Below are positions 38,460-47,608 of a DNA stretch of 64,000 bases, piece after piece. The notes under the pieces are model-generated. The model worked only from the letters and a program-made list of their open reading frames with translations, was not told where the DNA came from and searched no databases. The stretch's first letter is position 1. Every line of letters starts with the position of its first letter. The stretch lies in sequence record OP114734.1. One strand, given 5' to 3'. Origin of the DNA: Escherichia phage vB_ESM-pEJ01. Made by a program: the position numbers and the translations under genes.

Positions 38460-38933
38460 CTATCTTAATCTTTGTATAAATTGTTTCTTATACTTCTTCG
38501 TGATCTCTTCTCTTGTATCAGCGTCACAATAATCGAAACCTTCTGCGTCCATAATAGCAACCATCTCCGCGCGTGTCAAGCGTGAAAATCGTTTTACTTT
38601 ATCAACAGCATATTGAGGATGTAAATGATTGTTGGTGTAGTCTCCTTTGATGTAATTAACATAGTTTGTAGCCCAAACAACGAAATCAGCACCTAAAGCA
38701 CCAACACCAAACCGTTTAAAGTCTCCGGTCAACGATCCTTCTAGGCGGTTGCAACACGAATGAAGCAATCCCCTTACGCGGCCTTGCCCTTTCCCATCTA
38801 GATCGTGGTCGTGGTCAAGATGGTTTTTGCTCATATCCTCAAAAAGTGGCAATTGACAAAGGGGGCAAATGCCCCCCTGTTTTTCGAATAGTTCTTGTTT
38901 GTACTCTTTAGCACTCTTAGCAGTCAGTAACAT
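38460..38933 (-). CDS. 49: endonuclease VII (Holliday junction resolvase) gp49
   Basis: GGICPLCQ...NHLDHDHDLDG...VRGLLHSCCN...NHLHPQY match remembered T4 EndoVII; start at ATG 38933 (GGAGGG SD). Confidence 0.88.
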   Translation of the reverse strand: MLLTAKSAKEYKQELFEKQGGICPLCQLPLFEDMSKNHLDHDHDLDGKGQGRVRGLLHSCCNRLEGSLTGDFKRFGVGALGADFVVWATNYVNYIKGDYTNNHLHPQYAVDKVKRFSRLTRAEMVAIMDAEGFDYCDADTREEITKKYKKQFIQRLR

Positions 38934-38957
38934 AAATTCACCCTCCAAAGAAGGTAT

Positions 38958-39239
38958 TTAACCATTAATCTTGTTTTTGACTACAAAGGATCTGAACTCA
39001 TCAAAACCACCTATATAATCACCATTATAGAAAATCTGCGGCATGGTGGCAATAACTTCTACCCCTGCGCGATCCTGAATGTCGGCAATGATAGAATCAA
39101 TCTTTACCGGACGACCGTTTTCGTCTACACCATCATTAACCGGAATGTAGATGTAAGGGATCTTACGCGATTCACAAAGGCGCTTTGCATTCTGGCAATA
39201 CTTACAGTTGTAACCTTCAAAACCAAAAATTTCTACCAT
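38958..39239 (-). CDS. nrdC: NrdC-like glutaredoxin/thioredoxin
   Basis: CKYCQNAKRL CxxC site and C-terminal TMPQIFYNGDYIGGFDEF resemble T4 NrdC; start at ATG 39239. Confidence 0.8.
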   Translation of the reverse strand: MVEIFGFEGYNCKYCQNAKRLCESRKIPYIYIPVNDGVDENGRPVKIDSIIADIQDRAGVEVIATMPQIFYNGDYIGGFDEFRSFVVKNKING

Positions 39240-39240
39240 G

Positions 39241-39996
39241 TTATACCTCATTCAGTTCTATATCAAGTTCATTTTCAATAATATAGGCATTAACTGCCCG
39301 TGCCGCATCATCTTCTGTGTCAAATCTTCCTATATACACACCGCGAACTTTAGCACCGTAATTACCTTGTTTTGGTACTTTGTAAACGTATCTATGACGG
39401 GAACTTGCTGCTTTTTGGAGCTTCTTGCCATATTCAGACTTTGCATATTCTATATCATCAATCTCGTTTATACAAGACCTATCACCAAAATGTTTCAACG
39501 CTGCAAGATTATATGCATAAGCCGCACCGATCTCGGAGGGAAAATATCCTAAATGTATAGACTTCCCATCCAACATTATTGCACCAGTCCAATAACCTTT
39601 ATTCTTATTAAACGACACACCTTTATACTTCGAATATGTTTTGCATTTGGTCTTGCTCATATTCATATTATTTTGTTTGCTTGTCGTCTCTCTAAGGTTT
39701 TCAATGCGGCTATTATAACGATCTCGGTCTTTATGATCTATATACTTAGGACAATGACCATGAAACATATGATAGATAACACGGTGCATACGTTCGTATC
39801 GCTCGCCAGTCCATACAATACGATACCCATCGGGGGTATCACTTCCAGCTAATCCGTTTATAACACCTTTTCGGTGCGGGTGAATCTTCCACCTAAGAAA
39901 ACCATCATCATAATAAAACCGTGAATGATATAAATCATACAAACGTTTATCTTCTGGAGTCTTGTGTATAACCTCATATTTTAACATTGGTGACAT
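39241..39996 (-). CDS. HNH homing endonuclease with two AP2-type DNA-binding domains
   Basis: HNH HRVIYHMFHGHCPKYIDHKDRDRYNSRIENLRETTSKQN; AP2-like YKGVSFNKNKGYWTGAIM...AAYAYN and YGAKVRGVYIGRFDTEDDAARAVN. Confidence 0.8.
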   Translation of the reverse strand: MSPMLKYEVIHKTPEDKRLYDLYHSRFYYDDGFLRWKIHPHRKGVINGLAGSDTPDGYRIVWTGERYERMHRVIYHMFHGHCPKYIDHKDRDRYNSRIENLRETTSKQNNMNMSKTKCKTYSKYKGVSFNKNKGYWTGAIMLDGKSIHLGYFPSEIGAAYAYNLAALKHFGDRSCINEIDDIEYAKSEYGKKLQKAASSRHRYVYKVPKQGNYGAKVRGVYIGRFDTEDDAARAVNAYIIENELDIELNEV

Positions 39997-40789
39997 AAAC
40001 TTCCTTAGTATCGGATTTTTTACCCCCGCTACGGTCTAAACAATATGTTTTATCCAGTTCAACAACAGAAATATCATTACGTTCGATAAAATCAAGCAAA
40101 TGGTTGTTAACTTTCCCTTTGTGGTGAGTAACATTGCTTAATCCAAACTTAGTACCGCTAGACATTAATGATTCTATCCACATGTAGAATTTAATCTCTT
40201 CTTCTTCACTCCAGAACTTATTATATTCTGCCGACGTGATCCAATATGGCGGATCAAGGAAAACGAAATCACCTGGCAAGATCTCGATCTCATCATAACG
40301 ACCAGACGTAAAACTGATTCGACCGTCTTTGTTTTCTTCCTTAAAATTCAGGACACGCTCTACCGCGTTTTCGTTAAAAGTCCGTCGGCCAAAATTAGCA
40401 TTAAATTCGCCCTTCCGGTTGTGGCGGTTAATGTTGCTAAAACTATGCTGAATCAACACAAACAGCGATAACGGATCTGGATTCTCGTTATACTTCTTAC
40501 GGAATGTCATGTAAGCGTCTTTATCTTCGCGAGACAAACCATTTTCGGCAATAATACGCTTGATCGTAGAAACCGGATCAGGACACTCGTCAATCGCTTT
40601 GTACGCGTCAATTAAGCGGTGATCATAGTCATTAGCCAGCACATCCCCTTCGACGTACAGAGACACGCTCAAGCCGCCACAGAAGGCATCAACAAAGCGG
40701 TTATAGTGCTTAGGGAAATACTTACTAACACTTGGCAATAACTTTTCCTTATTCCCAGTATAGGGAATTAAACCTAATGCTTTCTTCAT
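39974..40789 (-). CDS. dam: DNA adenine methyltransferase (Dam)
   Basis: FVDAFCGGLSVSL (SAM binding) and FVFLDPPYWIT (DPPY catalytic motif); resembles remembered T4 Dam. Confidence 0.88.
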   Translation of the reverse strand: MKKALGLIPYTGNKEKLLPSVSKYFPKHYNRFVDAFCGGLSVSLYVEGDVLANDYDHRLIDAYKAIDECPDPVSTIKRIIAENGLSREDKDAYMTFRKKYNENPDPLSLFVLIQHSFSNINRHNRKGEFNANFGRRTFNENAVERVLNFKEENKDGRISFTSGRYDEIEILPGDFVFLDPPYWITSAEYNKFWSEEEEIKFYMWIESLMSSGTKFGLSNVTHHKGKVNNHLLDFIERNDISVVELDKTYCLDRSGGKKSDTKEVYVTNVKI

Positions 40790-41220
40790 TATCCCTTCCT
40801 CAAATAAGTTCGCTCAATCTCTACCAGTTCGAAAAATTCTTGCCAATCACACGGAAAATTGCAGTTTCCGAAATGATCCTCTTTGTAAAGTTCTTTACCG
40901 GATGGCAGCTTAATATCTGTTACGCTGTAGTATCCACAACAATCGCAATCACCCTCTGTATATTCTGTTTTAGTCGGAATATCCATCATTGCCAGATACA
41001 AAGGTACATCGTCTTGCTCAAAGTTCATGTAACCTTCATGGTCGAATGAAACAAAGTTATCATCACCACCGAAAGGGATATAATGGTCATAATCTGTTAC
41101 AGGTTGACCGTGTAATTCCCATTCTACAATTTTAACATTACCGCTAAACTTGATACCCATAATGTCAACAAGAAAATGAGTATCGTCAATGTAAATCTTA
41201 CTAGGAGTTGGATAAACCAT
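40789..41220 (-). CDS. hypothetical protein (143 aa)
   Basis: ORF track. Confidence 0.5.
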   Translation of the reverse strand: MVYPTPSKIYIDDTHFLVDIMGIKFSGNVKIVEWELHGQPVTDYDHYIPFGGDDNFVSFDHEGYMNFEQDDVPLYLAMMDIPTKTEYTEGDCDCCGYYSVTDIKLPSGKELYKEDHFGNCNFPCDWQEFFELVEIERTYLRKG

Positions 41221-41230
41221 TATATAATCC

Positions 41231-41527
41231 TCATATCTCAGAGAATAGAATCTCTGTTAATCGCACTGACTGCTCTCTGAATGTTAGCGTATACTCGAAA
41301 GGAAAGTCAACACCTAATTTCAAAAGAGAATAGCCTACCGCCTCTTTATGCTTATCAGTTAGGGCGATCCTAACCAATTCCCGTTGAATCTCTTTAGGCG
41401 GTGAATGGATAGTAACACGGGTATCATGTAATGTCCAGTCACCATTTCGAATTAAGATTAACGGTTTATCGTCATTGAAGATCACCGACCCCTTTCCGGT
41501 CGGTGAGTGTTTTATACTAATCATCAA
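41231..41527 (-). CDS. hypothetical protein (98 aa)
   Basis: ORF track. Confidence 0.45.
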   Translation of the reverse strand: MMISIKHSPTGKGSVIFNDDKPLILIRNGDWTLHDTRVTIHSPPKEIQRELVRIALTDKHKEAVGYSLLKLGVDFPFEYTLTFREQSVRLTEILFSEI

Positions 41528-41738
41528 ATTCTAAGAAATATTCTGGAACGATATACCCGTTAAAGTCATTGCACTTATAAAAATGTGGTGCATTTAATGC
41601 TGGATGAGCATTAGTAAAGAGTTTACCCTCTAGAAACAGAATGTAATTAATAGGTCTAATACCTACAGAATCAGGGTCTAAACCTTTTTCTTTCAGTTCA
41701 GCCAGCGTTAAAACTCGTCCAGATCGTAACTTAGCCAT
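41517..41738 (-). CDS. hypothetical protein (73 aa)
   Basis: ORF track. Confidence 0.45.
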   Translation of the reverse strand: MAKLRSGRVLTLAELKEKGLDPDSVGIRPINYILFLEGKLFTNAHPALNAPHFYKCNDFNGYIVPEYFLEFDD

Positions 41739-42024
41739 GATTTACCCCTAATTCATCAAGATTATGTCGCAGCATTTCAGAGTATTTTTCTACTTCCTTG
41801 ATCTTAGTGTGGATCTCCACGATCTCATCTTCACTATCAGATAGTTTAATGGCAATCGCGAGCGTGCTTTTACCAGCTTTCATAGTCTCTTTCCGTTCAA
41901 CCAATAGATCCGCGTGTTTCAATAGCAATTCCTCACGTCGAACATAAGCGACGGTCAAAGCCTCATCAGCGATTTCTAAAGCATTTTCAGCGACACCAAC
42001 AACCATTTTACGAGTAGACAGCAT
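41731..42024 (-). CDS. hypothetical protein (97 aa)
   Basis: ORF track. Confidence 0.45.
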   Translation of the reverse strand: MLSTRKMVVGVAENALEIADEALTVAYVRREELLLKHADLLVERKETMKAGKSTLAIAIKLSDSEDEIVEIHTKIKEVEKYSEMLRHNLDELGVNHG

Positions 42025-42038
42025 AAATTCACCTCACA

Positions 42039-42383
42039 TTATTTCACGTTAACGCCGTTATCAATCCAGCCGACGCTATTTGGTTTAACAGTTTTACCAT
42101 AGGATGCATACTTAATCAAGCATGGTTTAACATTGTTATCAAATCTTCCTAAGCGTACTCCCAAATCAGGAATATCCATGTATGCGGCTTTATATCCCCA
42201 TGTACCGTATTCAGAATCAATCTCAACCGGACGGCCTTTAAAAGCATACACTACACCGTGACGGTCAACGATAACATAGCGATAGCCAGCCGGAAGATAC
42301 ACAGTTTCGCCGTAAACTTTAACTGGAGTAGCAGAAGAGATAAACATAATATAATCCTCACATCGTTCATTTGATGCGGTCAT
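42039..42383 (-). CDS. hypothetical protein (114 aa or shorter)
   Basis: ORF track. Confidence 0.45.
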   Translation of the reverse strand: MTASNERCEDYIMFISSATPVKVYGETVYLPAGYRYVIVDRHGVVYAFKGRPVEIDSEYGTWGYKAAYMDIPDLGVRLGRFDNNVKPCLIKYASYGKTVKPNSVGWIDNGVNVK

Positions 42384-42417
42384 TATATGATAACCGCATT
42401 TTCATGTCAACAGTTTT

Positions 42418-42840
42418 TTAAAAATCTTCTTCCGGTTTATATCGACCGTCATCGACTGGTTTTGGACTGAATCCTTTATGCGTGCGCGGCTTCGCTTCCG
42501 GTTTACCAGCAATCATCAAACCAAAACATTTCATTCCCTTATAACACATAACAATATCAACCACGGTCCACGTTATAGGCCATACGATTGCAGCAATACA
42601 AAATGCTCCTGTATCGACCTCTTTGGTGTCCTTGTCGAATCTGGCGTACAAGCAGAATACTAGATACGAGATCATTGCACCAGTAGTCCAGATATAAAGC
42701 ACATTAACAATATCTTGTGTTGTCACATTATCCTCCTTACATGTCTTGCAGTGCATAAAAGCATTTTTCTTCATAGTCATAGAAAATGTCAAAGTATGCT
42801 TTTTCCACATACTCGCCATTAATCCAAGCGGCAGTAACAA
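42418..42840 (-). CDS. membrane protein (140 aa)
   Basis: Hydrophobic segments (YIWTTGAMISYLVFCLY; FCIAAIVWPITWTVVDIVM); start uncertain. Confidence 0.45.
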   Translation of the reverse strand: MLLPLGLMASMWKKHTLTFSMTMKKNAFMHCKTCKEDNVTTQDIVNVLYIWTTGAMISYLVFCLYARFDKDTKEVDTGAFCIAAIVWPITWTVVDIVMCYKGMKCFGLMIAGKPEAKPRTHKGFSPKPVDDGRYKPEEDF

Positions 42841-43015
42841 TCAGAGTGGTCCAGGTAGATCCGCTCTCAACGGTAAAGGTTTTAATACCCAGCTTCGCTG
42901 CCAAGTCGAACGCAAACCGGACGCAACCACGACAGGAAGTGATGTTGGAAGTTTTGATTTTAAAGCCACCGCGAGTTTTAGAAATTTCTACTTTAGCGAA
43001 AGACAGGTTGCTCAT
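42737..43015 (-). CDS. hypothetical protein (92 aa)
   Basis: ORF track; AGGAGAATCAAAATG initiation region. Confidence 0.5.
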   Translation of the reverse strand: MSNLSFAKVEISKTRGGFKIKTSNITSCRGCVRFAFDLAAKLGIKTFTVESGSTWTTLIVTAAWINGEYVEKAYFDIFYDYEEKCFYALQDM

Positions 43016-43094
43016 TTTGATTCTCCTTAAGAAAGTGTGTTTCGTTTTGATGTGTGTAGTATAGGGGATACGTGATCCCCTGTCAACAATTTTT

Positions 43095-43424
43095 TTATGA
43101 TTTTAGTGAATTAACCACTACATCAAAATGATGTACAGAGCACACCTTACGAAACACATATTCATCATGTTTCGGAATCGCCCCCAACCGCTTTATTTCG
43201 CTCGCTGACACGATAAACCGTTTATCAGGTGCATTTACCTTATATGCTTCAACAACGCACGGAAAACGCGTTTTAGAGAGTTCGGGATAGTTTTCTGACT
43301 CCATCAGGACAATGAATACCCTATTACATTGATTGTAGAATCCGGTTTTTGATTTCATCAAGTTTTCTTCTCTGTGAAATTCGTGCAATCTTCCTTTCAT
43401 GATTTCGTTGGTTCCTGTCTTCAT
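43095..43424 (-). CDS. hypothetical protein (start uncertain)
   Basis: ORF track; overlaps next ORF by about 100 nt so an internal start is likely. Confidence 0.35.
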   Translation of the reverse strand: MKTGTNEIMKGRLHEFHREENLMKSKTGFYNQCNRVFIVLMESENYPELSKTRFPCVVEAYKVNAPDKRFIVSASEIKRLGAIPKHDEYVFRKVCSVHHFDVVVNSLKS

Positions 43425-43665
43425 AGTCTACCCACTCAACAAGATCTTTACCTAACTCGAAAGCCCATTCTCGGTCCTGCTTTACGTTTTGTAGGTATGG
43501 ACTTTCCGACACTCGACGAAGTGATCCTGTCGTAACAAGAATGATCCCAGGAATGTTCGGATGTTCCTTTCCATATACAATGGGACGCGAGTCACTATCA
43601 ATACCCTGTAAGAAGGTGTATCCTGAATCACTTAGGATCATATACATTTTCATTTCATCCATCAC
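43324..43665 (-). CDS. hypothetical protein (113 aa)
   Basis: ORF track. Confidence 0.45.
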   Translation of the reverse strand: MMDEMKMYMILSDSGYTFLQGIDSDSRPIVYGKEHPNIPGIILVTTGSLRRVSESPYLQNVKQDREWAFELGKDLVEWVDYEDRNQRNHERKIARISQRRKLDEIKNRILQSM

Positions 43666-43922
43666 AGTTTCCTCAACCAGTTATTAAAGCGAGTAAACCA
43701 TGATGCTTTTCGTGCTTCTTTTACTTTATATGCACGCAAACCACTGAAACACCATTCATAATCATCACTGAAACATGATTCAACAGGAACACCCGCATTT
43801 CGTAGTTCTCTGGTCTTTATCATAAAAAATCCTTGACATAAGGGGCGACCTTCAACAATGATAGGAAGTTTAACTTTTTCCATGAAAGTATACCCAGCAC
43901 GGTCAATAATTTCAATCTTCAT
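43662..43922 (-). CDS. hypothetical protein (86 aa)
   Basis: ORF track. Confidence 0.45.
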   Translation of the reverse strand: MKIEIIDRAGYTFMEKVKLPIIVEGRPLCQGFFMIKTRELRNAGVPVESCFSDDYEWCFSGLRAYKVKEARKASWFTRFNNWLRKL

Positions 43923-44166
43923 TTACATTATCTCCATAGATCTTTCCAGCAATATCAATTTCACCAGCGCGAACATCTAGGATAAGATGCGGTAGGTGTA
44001 TGCAGTTTTCCCACCCCACTCGCTTCATTTCTGAAACAGTGACGTAAGCCCATCCGTTCGCTGTAATAAAGTCTACTTCAACCTTGAGAGGAAAGCAAGA
44101 CTTTTCTATGTCTTCAAATCCGATAATGTGTTTTGTCGTTGAATATGGAATATATCCGGTGATCAT
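43912..44166 (-). CDS. hypothetical protein (84 aa)
   Basis: ORF track. Confidence 0.45.
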   Translation of the reverse strand: MITGYIPYSTTKHIIGFEDIEKSCFPLKVEVDFITANGWAYVTVSEMKRVGWENCIHLPHLILDVRAGEIDIAGKIYGDNVNED

Positions 44167-44624
44167 TTTGTGATCTCCTTATACTCAACACACCATAAGC
44201 AGGTAGCCCATGATAAACGCTCATAACGCTGGCAGAAATCGGACCATAGATATTGTGCACCGTTCGGCATAGTTGAAATATGCGTTTTCTCTCCAACTTT
44301 CACGAAAGAAGTATTCGATTTTGTGATCTCGACCGGAGTATATCCGAAAGCGGGTTCCAACTCAACATCTGAACTAAATGCCAATTTAACAGAATTTGTT
44401 TTTCTGACCGCTGTCCGGTTTCCTTCTGGGTACAGCACAGCAGGTTTAGCGCCTAAGCGGATAAACTCAGTATTTTTAATGAACAGAATATCATGATAAC
44501 CGTCATATTCCGACACTTCCATAGTAACAGGAAAATCGATATGTGCTAAACCTGGTAGATCTCGCATATCATGAAATGTAGCCATAATCTTTTTCATTCT
44601 ATATTCCTCACTCTTCTGTTTCAT
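44163..44624 (-). CDS. hypothetical protein (153 aa)
   Basis: ORF track. Confidence 0.5.
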   Translation of the reverse strand: MKQKSEEYRMKKIMATFHDMRDLPGLAHIDFPVTMEVSEYDGYHDILFIKNTEFIRLGAKPAVLYPEGNRTAVRKTNSVKLAFSSDVELEPAFGYTPVEITKSNTSFVKVGEKTHISTMPNGAQYLWSDFCQRYERLSWATCLWCVEYKEITK

Positions 44625-44844
44625 TTCTTTTATATGGTACTATAACAGGATTAATACAGCAAGCACCAATTACGTTATGAGCACCACAATTTAAACATTT
44701 ATAGTCATGGAACTTATTAAGGAATCGACCAAACTCATAGCCGACTAACGCCGCATGTACTTGAGTCTCGATCTCATCCATATCAGCCAATGTTTTAACC
44801 TTCATAATATAATCCTCAAATTGTAGTTTTGCGAAGATGGTCAT
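44608..44844 (-). CDS. hypothetical protein (78 aa), Cys-containing
   Basis: ORF track; CLNCGAHNVIGACC. Confidence 0.45.
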   Translation of the reverse strand: MTIFAKLQFEDYIMKVKTLADMDEIETQVHAALVGYEFGRFLNKFHDYKCLNCGAHNVIGACCINPVIVPYKRNETEE

Positions 44845-45106
44845 TACATGCTTTTAATGCATCGGTCGCGGTGTCATAGCGAGTATTATCATAGCACCAA
44901 TAACCATCTGTCAACTGATAAATTAATCCATCCTTTTTAGCTTCGATGAAAGACAATTCTTTGAAAGTTTCTACTTTCTTTGCTGATACTCCACGGTCAC
45001 GGCGCTTATAGAGTTTAGCCAAAATGCGTTCAGCTTGTTCCTCTTTATCGCCAGACAGATCCCAGATGATGTTTCTGATATGCTTGATTAATTGTTCAGT
45101 GGTCAT
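44816..45106 (-). CDS. hypothetical protein (96 aa)
   Basis: ORF track. Confidence 0.45.
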   Translation of the reverse strand: MTTEQLIKHIRNIIWDLSGDKEEQAERILAKLYKRRDRGVSAKKVETFKELSFIEAKKDGLIYQLTDGYWCYDNTRYDTATDALKACNDHLRKTTI

Positions 45107-45135
45107 ATTTGATTATCCTTAGTTGGTATGCGTGC

Positions 45136-45163
45136 ATTATAGCATTGTGATTATCTTTGTCAA
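45136..45163 (-). promoter_or_regulatory. sigma70-type early promoter (-35 TTGACA rc 45158-45163; -10 TATAAT rc 45136-45141)
   Basis: Consensus hexamers, 16-nt spacer, followed by SD and ATG at 45106. Confidence 0.5.
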
Positions 45164-45180
45164 CACCCAAAAACAAAAAA

Positions 45181-45200
45181 GGCTACCCCGAAGGATAGCC
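45181..45200 (-). terminator. rho-independent terminator 3' of glycine-rich gene
   Basis: Hairpin ggctaccccgaaggatagcc followed on minus transcript by UUUUUUGUUUUU. Confidence 0.45.
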
Positions 45201-45207
45201 CATAAAA

Positions 45208-45984
45208 TTACACGCGAGCACCGTAGATCGTGCCTACTTTATCCCAGCGTGGAGCATTACCAGTAACAGCCTTACCAGCAGCACCGCCGTTATATTCTGT
45301 ACCGTTACCTTGAGTATTACATCTTCCTCCAGCAGCACCGACATTACCACCCGAACCGCCTGTATATGCACTAAGAGACCCCTCACCAACAGATCCTTTA
45401 CCAGGAGCGGAAATAGTACCAGCAGTTGCACCGGAACTCATATGAGAGGAAGACCCACCAGCACCGAATGGGCGACCACCGCCGCCGCCAAATACTAGTC
45501 GACCCCTGTTACCGCCGCCACCGCCGCCACCGCCGCCAGCGATAGCACCGTTATTTGTAATTCGTAGACGTGTACCGATAGCGTTATTGATTGCGTTTCC
45601 ACCAGCAGCGCCAGCAGCGTTACTACCACCATTACCCCCACGTCCGTAGACAGTCACATCGGAGTTGATGATCAGTGTTACATACTCGTTTGTTAACGAG
45701 CTAGGGAAGTCAAGACAAGGAACGCCAGTAGATTGGGAAACAATATTACCTGTGATAGTAATTACTACAGGAGTAGATCCTTGTGCTTTCATCCAGTTAA
45801 TAAGAGTGTCTTTATTGTAAGAGTTACTAGCACCAATGCTATAATGAATCTCTTTAGAGCGTCCGACCATTGCCGACATATACGCCGGACGACCTAAGCG
45901 TACAGCTTGCATTGCGGCGCTCATCCACCGTTGACCAGTCTCGGACACAGCAGATGATCCTACCCATCCAGAAGATATTGCCAT
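45208..45984 (-). CDS. glycine-rich protein (258 aa) with poly-Gly tracts
   Basis: C-terminal half about 45 percent Gly incl. GGGGGGGGG and GGGGG runs (ccg/cca triplet repeat 45511-45537); ordered N-terminal domain. Confidence 0.55.
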   Translation of the reverse strand: MAISSGWVGSSAVSETGQRWMSAAMQAVRLGRPAYMSAMVGRSKEIHYSIGASNSYNKDTLINWMKAQGSTPVVITITGNIVSQSTGVPCLDFPSSLTNEYVTLIINSDVTVYGRGGNGGSNAAGAAGGNAINNAIGTRLRITNNGAIAGGGGGGGGGNRGRLVFGGGGGRPFGAGGSSSHMSSGATAGTISAPGKGSVGEGSLSAYTGGSGGNVGAAGGRCNTQGNGTEYNGGAAGKAVTGNAPRWDKVGTIYGARV

Positions 45985-46038
45985 AAAATTTCCTCACAAG
46001 AAAAGCCCCATTTAAGGGGCATTGATTGATAATATTAC

Positions 46039-46260
46039 TTAGATGATCTCTGCTTCACCATTCAGGAAGAAAGACCATGTTTTGTTAGGATAGCGAAGCG
46101 CCCATGATTCAGCGGTTTTAACACCAGCTTCGAACAATTGACGGCTGGTTACTTTCGCCATACCATCTTCAATGTCAACGTTTTCAATAATCATCGGGTA
46201 CTTAGCGCCACGCATGAAACCGAAGCCAGCGGAAGATTTGATAATTTTAACAGTTGCCAT
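46039..46260 (-). CDS. hypothetical protein (about 73 aa)
   Basis: Track ORF 46039..46332; ATG at 46260 (MATVKIIK...) has AGGAGAATCAAAATG initiation region and promoter upstream. Confidence 0.5.
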   Translation of the reverse strand: MATVKIIKSSAGFGFMRGAKYPMIIENVDIEDGMAKVTSRQLFEAGVKTAESWALRYPNKTWSFFLNGEAEII

Positions 46261-46300
46261 TTTGATTCTCCTAGAAAGTGTATCTCGTTTCGATGGGTAT

Positions 46301-46329
46301 ATTATGCAATAACACCGGATCGCTGTCAA
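46301..46329 (-). promoter_or_regulatory. sigma70-type early promoter (-35 TTGACA rc 46324-46329; -10 CATAAT; 17-nt spacer)
   Basis: Part of recurring promoter-leader cassette. Confidence 0.45.
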
Positions 46330-46349
46330 CACTTTCTAAGAAAAAATTT

Positions 46350-46634
46350 TTAAACTAATCGAATATAGCCCAGAATTTCAGCACCTTTAGCCAAACCTAA
46401 AACTTCCCATTCAAGGTCGCCGTATTCGTAATTTGCAACCATCAACTGACCATTTTTCATGCAGCATTCATGAGAGAAAATTTGCCCCGCATAAACCACG
46501 ATAGTAATAAACTTTCCTGATTCTGGAGGTATGGAAGACAAAGCGACCATATGACCATTCAGCTTAGTCACCAGTGATGGAACAATAAAATTCGGGCTTA
46601 CCTGAATACCTTTAAATTCGTTTGTGTCTTTCAT
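46350..46634 (-). CDS. hypothetical protein (94 aa)
   Basis: ORF track. Confidence 0.45.
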   Translation of the reverse strand: MKDTNEFKGIQVSPNFIVPSLVTKLNGHMVALSSIPPESGKFITIVVYAGQIFSHECCMKNGQLMVANYEYGDLEWEVLGLAKGAEILGYIRLV

Positions 46635-46981
46635 GCCAGACCTCGCAAAACACTAATAGCATAATCATGCTGGTTATTCATAATATCAATTGCATTGTGA
46701 TAACGAGCTAAACCATCAAGGATAAATTCTTGTTTATCCTGTTTCAGTTTGGTATCACGCGCAGCCATAAGAGCATCAAGAACAGGTCCAAAGTGATTAT
46801 CTAATTCATCTTCGGTTGCAATGTTTCCTATTGCCTCGTCGATCCGTGATTCTAATGCTTGCTTTTCGTTGATCACTTGCTGGGTATATTCCAACACATC
46901 AAGAATATCGCGGGTAACGTCGCCATGATAAGGTATTCCCGCATGAAGATGATCAATTAATCGCTGAATATCAATGTTCAT
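46631..46981 (-). CDS. hypothetical protein (116 aa)
   Basis: ORF track. Confidence 0.45.
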   Translation of the reverse strand: MNIDIQRLIDHLHAGIPYHGDVTRDILDVLEYTQQVINEKQALESRIDEAIGNIATEDELDNHFGPVLDALMAARDTKLKQDKQEFILDGLARYHNAIDIMNNQHDYAISVLRGLA

Positions 46982-47316
46982 TTGTAACCCTCCTCTGAAA
47001 GCACATCCCAGATCGTTGAGTCAAGGTGCATTAAATTCCACATAATAGAGTCATAACTACCGAAGCCAGAAGTAAAAATTACATCACACTGGCGATAGGT
47101 CTTATGAAAATCGGTGGCTGTCTCTGCATCAATCGGCATATCGTCACCTGAAAGCACCAGACATTTAAGAATCATAACTCTGTTAGCCGTTGGCGCTTGC
47201 TTAGTCTTTTCAGCATATTTTTCGATGATCTGTTTTGCCTTTTCTTCTTTGATACGTCCAGACCAAATCCGGTTTCGGTATTGATTCATAATAATTTCAA
47301 TCACATCATTTTGCAT
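46978..47316 (-). CDS. hypothetical protein (112 aa)
   Basis: ORF track. Confidence 0.45.
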   Translation of the reverse strand: MQNDVIEIIMNQYRNRIWSGRIKEEKAKQIIEKYAEKTKQAPTANRVMILKCLVLSGDDMPIDAETATDFHKTYRQCDVIFTSGFGSYDSIMWNLMHLDSTIWDVLSEEGYK

Positions 47317-47515
47317 TCTTCACGGTCTCCATAATTGTTTTGTAAGCCAGCTTAAGATGATCACCGAAAAACTTTGCAGTGTTACCCTTCGGATCGCGGA
47401 GCATGGTTTCTACGATCTCATCGGCAGTAACAATTTCTCCTTTCTTTGCTGCATGTTCTACCATATACTTCAAAGTTTCTTCGGAGGCAAGTGCTGCGGC
47501 CACTGGATTAATCAT
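47306..47515 (-). CDS. hypothetical protein (69 aa)
   Basis: ORF track; AGGAGAATCAAAATG initiation region. Confidence 0.5.
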   Translation of the reverse strand: MINPVAAALASEETLKYMVEHAAKKGEIVTADEIVETMLRDPKGNTAKFFGDHLKLAYKTIMETVKNAK

Positions 47516-47542
47516 TTTGATTCTCCTTTGTTGTCGATGTGT

Positions 47543-47571
47543 GCATTATGCTATACCCTATTCCGGTTGTC
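47543..47571 (-). promoter_or_regulatory. sigma70-type early promoter (-35 TTGACA rc 47566-47571; -10 CATAAT)
   Basis: 17-nt spacer; recurring cassette. Confidence 0.45.
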
Positions 47572-47588
47572 AACACCTAAAAACGAAA

Positions 47589-47608
47589 AAGCCACCCTTT
47601 CGGATGGC
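47589..47608 (-). terminator. rho-independent terminator
   Basis: rc hairpin agccatccgaaagggtggct followed by UUUUCGUUUU. Confidence 0.5.

Noticed and set aside
45234-45498. ORFs 45234..45431 (-) and 45310..45498 (+) inside the glycine-rich gene
   Set aside because: Alternative-frame readings of the GC-rich triplet repeat; the 258-aa frame is the only one with start, SD and terminator context
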